A model generated the notes under the pieces. It saw nothing but the letters and a program-made list of their open reading frames with translations, searched no databases and had not been told where the DNA came from. Position numbers and translations under genes: made by a program. Shown here one piece after another: positions 59,221-64,000 of a stretch of DNA of 64,000 bases. Every line of letters begins with the position of its first letter. Position 1 is the first letter of the stretch. The stretch is from Eledone cirrhosa (taxonomy: Eukaryota), in NCBI GenBank assembly GCA_964016885.1, contig OZ024754.1, positions 43,710,001 to 43,774,000 of the forward strand, read 5' to 3'.

Positions 59221-60360
59221 AATGTGGTCCACTGTCATCTGATGTGGCTCAATGCGGCCCGCTGCGGTCCAGTGTGGGCCGATTTGGTTCAGTGTAGTTG
59301 AATGTGGTCGAATGTGCTCCGATGTGGCTCGATGTGGCTTGTTGTGGTTCGGTGTGGCCCGATGTGGTTAAATGTAGTTCAATGTTGTCCGATGTGGCTC
59401 GATGTGGCCTGTTGTGGTTCGGTGTGGCCCGATGTGGTTAAATGTAGTTCAATGGTGTCCGATGTGGCTCGATGTGGCCTGTTGTAGTCCGGTGTGGCCC
59501 GGTGTGGTTAAATGTAGTTCAATGTTGTCCGATGTGGCTCGATGTGGCCTGTTGTGGTTCGGTGTGGCCCGATGTGGTTAAATGTAGTTCAATGTTGTCC
59601 GATGTGGCTCGATGTGGCCTGTTGTGGTTCGGTGTGGCCCGATGTGGTTAAATGTAGTTCAAAGTTGTCCGATGTGGCTCGATGTGGCCTGTTGTAGTCC
59701 GGTGTGGCCCGATGTGGTTAAATGTAGTTCAATGGTGTCCGATGTGGCTCGATGTGGCCTGTTGTAGTCCGGTGTGGCCCGGTGTGGTTCAATGTGGTTC
59801 AATGTGGTCCGATGTAGCTCGATGTGGCCTGTTGTGGTCCGGTGTGGCCCGATGTGGTTAAATGTAGTTCAAAGTTGTCCGATGTGGCTCGATGTGGCCT
59901 GTTGTAGTCCGGTGTGGCCCGATGTGGTTAAATGTAGTTCAAAGTTGTCCGATGTGGCTCGATGTGGCCTGTTGTAGTCCGGTGTGGCCCGGTGTGGTTA
60001 AATGTAGTTCAATGTTGTCCGATGTGGTGCGATGTGGCCTGTTGTAGTCCGATGTGGCCTGTTGTGGTCCGGTGTGGCCCGGTGGGGTTAAATGTAGTTC
60101 AATGTTGTCCGATGTGGCTCGATGTGGCCTGTTGTGGTCCGGTGTGGCCTGTTGTGGTCCGGTGTGGCCCGGTGGGGTTAAATGTAGTTCAATGGTGTCC
60201 GATGTGGCTCGATGTGGCCTGTTGTGGTCCGGTGTGGCCCGATGTGGTTCAATGTGGTTCAATGTGGTCCGATGTGGCCCGATGTGGCCCGGTGTGGTTA
60301 AATATAGTTCAATATGGTCCGATGTGGTCGGGTGTGGTCCAATGTCGTCCATTGTGGTCT
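59221..60360. repeat. Decamer satellite with a 70-bp (7 x 10) higher-order repeat
   Basis: gatgtggctc gatgtggcct gttgtagtcc ggtgtggccc gatgtggtta aatgtagttc aatgttgtcc at 59461, 59531, 59601 and onward. Confidence 0.95.
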
Positions 60361-60425
60361 GTGTGTTATAAAACAAAGAACTACGGAAAAATACAGAACT
60401 ATAGTAGTGTGTGTGTATGTGTGTG

Positions 60426-60482
<57 letters not shown>

Positions 60483-60731
60483 GAGTGTGCGGGTGTCTAT
60501 GTGTATGTGTGTGTGTATGTGTATGTAGTTGTACAATAGTATGAATGTGTGTGCTGGTTTATGTATACATGTATGTTTATACACATATATACATACTGTA
60601 ACGTGTATGTTTATATCTTAATAGAAATATTTCAATGATAAAAGAATTTACATATATAGGAACATGTATATATACTACATATATATGACTTGTGTGTATA
60701 TAATTATATATATATATATATTTATATATGC

Positions 60732-60837
<106 letters not shown>

Positions 60838-60877
60838 CTGGAAATGAACGAACAAAACACAGGAGGTAATTGTATAC

Positions 60878-61004
<127 letters not shown>

Positions 61005-61184
61005 TTACAGAATGTTGTGAAGGCGGGGAGAGAGAGGGAAGAAAGGGGGGGGGAGTTATTTCCATACACGTGTAAGCAACTGTAATACAAAAATCTGATA
61101 AACTACAATTGCCCCGTTTCTGAGGCAGTGACAAATCACGACTTGTGCGGCGGATGTAGTCACCAGATGTTGGACTGCGCTCTC

Positions 61185-61382
61185 GGATCCTCCATCACTT
61201 TCCACGATCATTCTTACAGTTGTTTTATCTGGGCTCGGCTCAGGGATCCTCCGTCACTTTCCACGATCATTCTTACAGTTGTTTTATCTGAGCTCAGCTC
61301 AGGGATCCTCCGTCGCTTTCCACGATCATTCTTACAGTTGTTTTATCTGAGCTCAGCTCAGGGATCCTCCGTCGCTTTCCAC
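61185..61382. repeat. 59-bp minisatellite, ~3.3 copies
   Basis: ggatcctcc at 61185, 61244, 61303 and 61362. Confidence 0.95.
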
Positions 61383-61565
61383 GTAGTAGTAGTAGTAGTA
61401 GTGATGTATGTTCTGGTGGTGGTAATTGTGGTGGGGGTGGCGGGGGTGGCGGAGGAGGGGGTGGTGGTGGTGTACCCGTGTTCTGCACAAGCACGAGTAC
61501 AATCAACAGATTTCTTCCAGAGAAGGATAGAGAGAGTGTGAGAGAAAGAGATATCGAGGAAGAAT

Positions 61566-61712
61566 CGATCCCCAGCATTAGAATGGTACTTTTTTTATCG
61601 ACCTTAAAGGGATGAAAGTGAAAATTGACCTGGGTGGGATTTGAACTCAGAGAAGAGCCGAGAGCCAGAACGAACACGACAGAGCATCCGACATTCACTG
61701 TTGATTCGCCGT
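61566..61712 (-). mobile_element. Older Nin/Deu-domain SINE
   Basis: ggtacttttt.tatcgacc..ggatgaaag..gggatttgaactcag. Confidence 0.75.
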
Positions 61713-61814
61713 CTACAATCTCTACACGTTCTGTTAAATATTTCAACACCAGAATCTCTTTACCAAAGATGAATGTGCTAGACTTTTTCAGGAATATATT
61801 AAGAAAGTTATATA

Positions 61815-61876
<62 letters not shown>

Positions 61877-61877
<1 letters not shown>

Positions 61878-61951
61878 CCCCCACTCTCAAGAGCGTGAAA
61901 CTAATAAACCTTTGTTTGTACTGCCTCTCTGTTTTGTTCCCGTTCCATTTT

Positions 61952-61956
<5 letters not shown>
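61877..61956 (+). mobile_element. Family E TA-embedded island
   Basis: cccactctcaagagcgtGAAACtaa...tgcctctctgttttgttccc; second copy at 14918-14995, related 3' end at 41357-41397. Confidence 0.7.
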
Positions 61957-61998
<42 letters not shown>

Positions 61999-62000
<2 letters not shown>

Positions 62001-62194
62001 CGAAGGAAATGCGGTAAGGAACCAGGTGGACCATATAACGCACCAAAGTACTCAATACTTAGGGTAGTAGAGTGGGTAATAGGAACGAGTAGGACCCCGA
62101 CGGCTGAGCTCAAGCCGTTTCGACGGCTAATTCAGTCCAGAATTAGCCGTCGAAACGGCTTGAGCTCAGCCGTCGGGGTCCTACTCGTTCCTAT
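61999..62194 (-). mobile_element. Family A island with a perfect 55-bp fold-back
   Basis: Arms 62079-62133/62140-62194; (TA)n on both sides. Confidence 0.88.
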
Positions 62195-62277
62195 ATATAT
62201 ATATATTAAAATATGAGAATAATGGGTAAAATGTTAAGCCGATGTTATTAACTGTTGCATTTGTCATGTTGTATGTA

Positions 62278-62855
62278 GTATAGTATGTAGATGTAAATGT
62301 CTGTATAGTATGTAGATGTAAATGTCTGTATAGTATGTAGATGTAAATGTCTGTATAGTATGTAGATGTAAATGTCTGTATAGTATGTAGATGTAAATGT
62401 CTGTATAGTATGTAGATGTAAATGTCTGTATAGTATGTAGATGTAAATGTCTGTATAGTATGTAGATGTAAATGTCTGTATAGTATGTAGATGTAAATGT
62501 CTATATAGTATGTAGATGTAAATGTCTATATAGTATGTAGATGTAAATGTCTATATAGTATGTAGATGTAAATGTCTGTATAGTATGTAGATGTAAATGT
62601 CTGTATAGTATGTAGATGTAAATGTCTGTATAGTATATAGATGTAAATGTCTATATAGTATGTAGATGTAAATGTCTGTATAGTATGTAGATGTAAATGT
62701 CTATAGTATGTAGATGTAAATGTCTGTATAGTATGTAGATGTAAATGTCTGTATAGTATGTAGATGTAAATGTCTATATAGTAGGTAGATGTAAATGTCT
62801 GTATAGTATGTAGATGTAAATGTCTATATAGTATGTAGATGTAAATGTCTGTATA
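62278..62855. repeat. 25-bp minisatellite, ~23 copies
   Basis: gtatagtatgtagatgtaaatgtct. Confidence 0.95.
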
Positions 62856-63021
62856 TTTACGGTAATGTAGGCTGTGACAATGTCTTTATACAAAACATGT
62901 AATTCTTTGCAAAACTTTATAATATTTACATTCTTTTAAAATTCTGTGACAAGTAGTCGCTGATGTCAGAGTTTCACTCTTCATAATGATAACAAAAAAT
63001 AAAATTCTCTCCGTTCTACAG

Positions 63022-63073
63022 AAACGAAGAATTTGAAGTTGACGCTGATGATATTGTGATTGACTTTGGTTAA
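63022..63073 (+). CDS. Candidate coding exon (NEEFEVDADDIVIDFG*), protein not recognised
   Basis: Good acceptor ttctctccgttctacAG; protein-like acidic peptide ending in TAA. Confidence 0.3.
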
Positions 63074-63636
63074 ATTCACCGTGATACTGACAAATTTGAG
63101 GGGGAAGCCATCACTTTTCTTCAGCTCGGTAACCCACCCACGTTCTCCTTCCTTCCACCATTAACGTGTTACATATTTTATATGCTAAGTCCGTCATTTC
63201 TTTATTTCTAATCGTAATTCTTTACGTATTTATTTCTGCTTTTGTCTTAAGAGACCCGTTAGTTTTCTTGTCCATTCTCTGATTTGTTGTCATCTCACAT
63301 GTATCTTACCAACAAAGTGGTTCCCCAATCTGTTGTGCAAGCTGGTATCACAAGTACAATACCACCTTAATGCGCGAAATCGCACGCCAGCATGGTGGCT
63401 GACGAGGTAAAGATGCAGCTGCCTGTTTGTCTTATGTGACTGCATGTATTTTCTGCATATATATATATATATATTTATACACACGGACCAATGTGTTACC
63501 ACACACACACAGAGTGAGTGTGAGATAGATACAGAGATGGATATACATACATACATAAATACATACATACATAGATACATAGATATGGTATTTTCTAAAC
63601 TCAATTTACCATATACATATATAAAAATATATATGC

Positions 63637-63735
<99 letters not shown>

Positions 63736-63784
63736 AGTACTCCTTTATTTATCGACATTGAAAAGGTGTAAGCAACTAGAGTGG

Positions 63785-63950
63785 TACTATATTTATCAAC
63801 CATAAAACATTGAAAGGGACTGCAGTGGTCCTTTATTTAACGACATCGAAAGGATGAAGGGTAAAGTTCATCTGAGCGGTATTTGAACTCAGAAAACAGG
63901 AAAACAGGGATCCAGAACAAATACCGAAGTACTAAACACGACACCCTAAC
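63785..63950 (-). mobile_element. Old SINE copy
   Basis: ggtactatatttatcaacc..gaaaggatgaagggtaaagtt..gcggtatttgaactcag. Confidence 0.7.
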
Positions 63951-64000
63951 AACTCCTTTAAATCAATTTCAGCGCAGGAATCTTCATATGTATCATATAA

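Noticed and set aside
63319-63410. Minus-strand GCCACCATG and exon-like AG...GTAAG segment
   Set aside because: The ATG frame stops after 8 codons and the other frames give no recognisable protein

Overview
Repeat-dominated, AT-rich eukaryotic DNA, most likely from an octopod cephalopod (inferred from the SINE families). Nearly all supplied ORFs are translations of microsatellites, and no complete protein-coding gene is visible. The window holds about 18 copies or fragments of a tRNA-derived Nin/Deu-domain SINE, Meta-domain SINE pieces, CRE- and RTE-clade LINE 3' ends, DNA-transposon ends, a decayed Penelope-like element (RT C-terminus plus GIY-YIG) and many mini- and microsatellites. Two small candidate exons lie near the right end. 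The strongest signal is a set of at least 7 sequence-unrelated 100-400 bp islands embedded in (TA)n, (CA)n or (CATA)n tracts that share one architecture: a copy-specific fold-back palindrome at the 5' end, a minimal type I hammerhead ribozyme or its 3' half (clear cases at 32416, 47324, 52044 and 45315), a covarying bulged hairpin ACUC-stem-loop-stem-NN-GAGU(R)C, and then the microsatellite. I read these as 3' ends or non-autonomous partners of microsatellite-targeting Penelope-like retroelements. A second oddity is a pair of fold-back elements with TGAC...GTCA ends that carry tRNA-like cassettes. All alignments and folds were done by eye.
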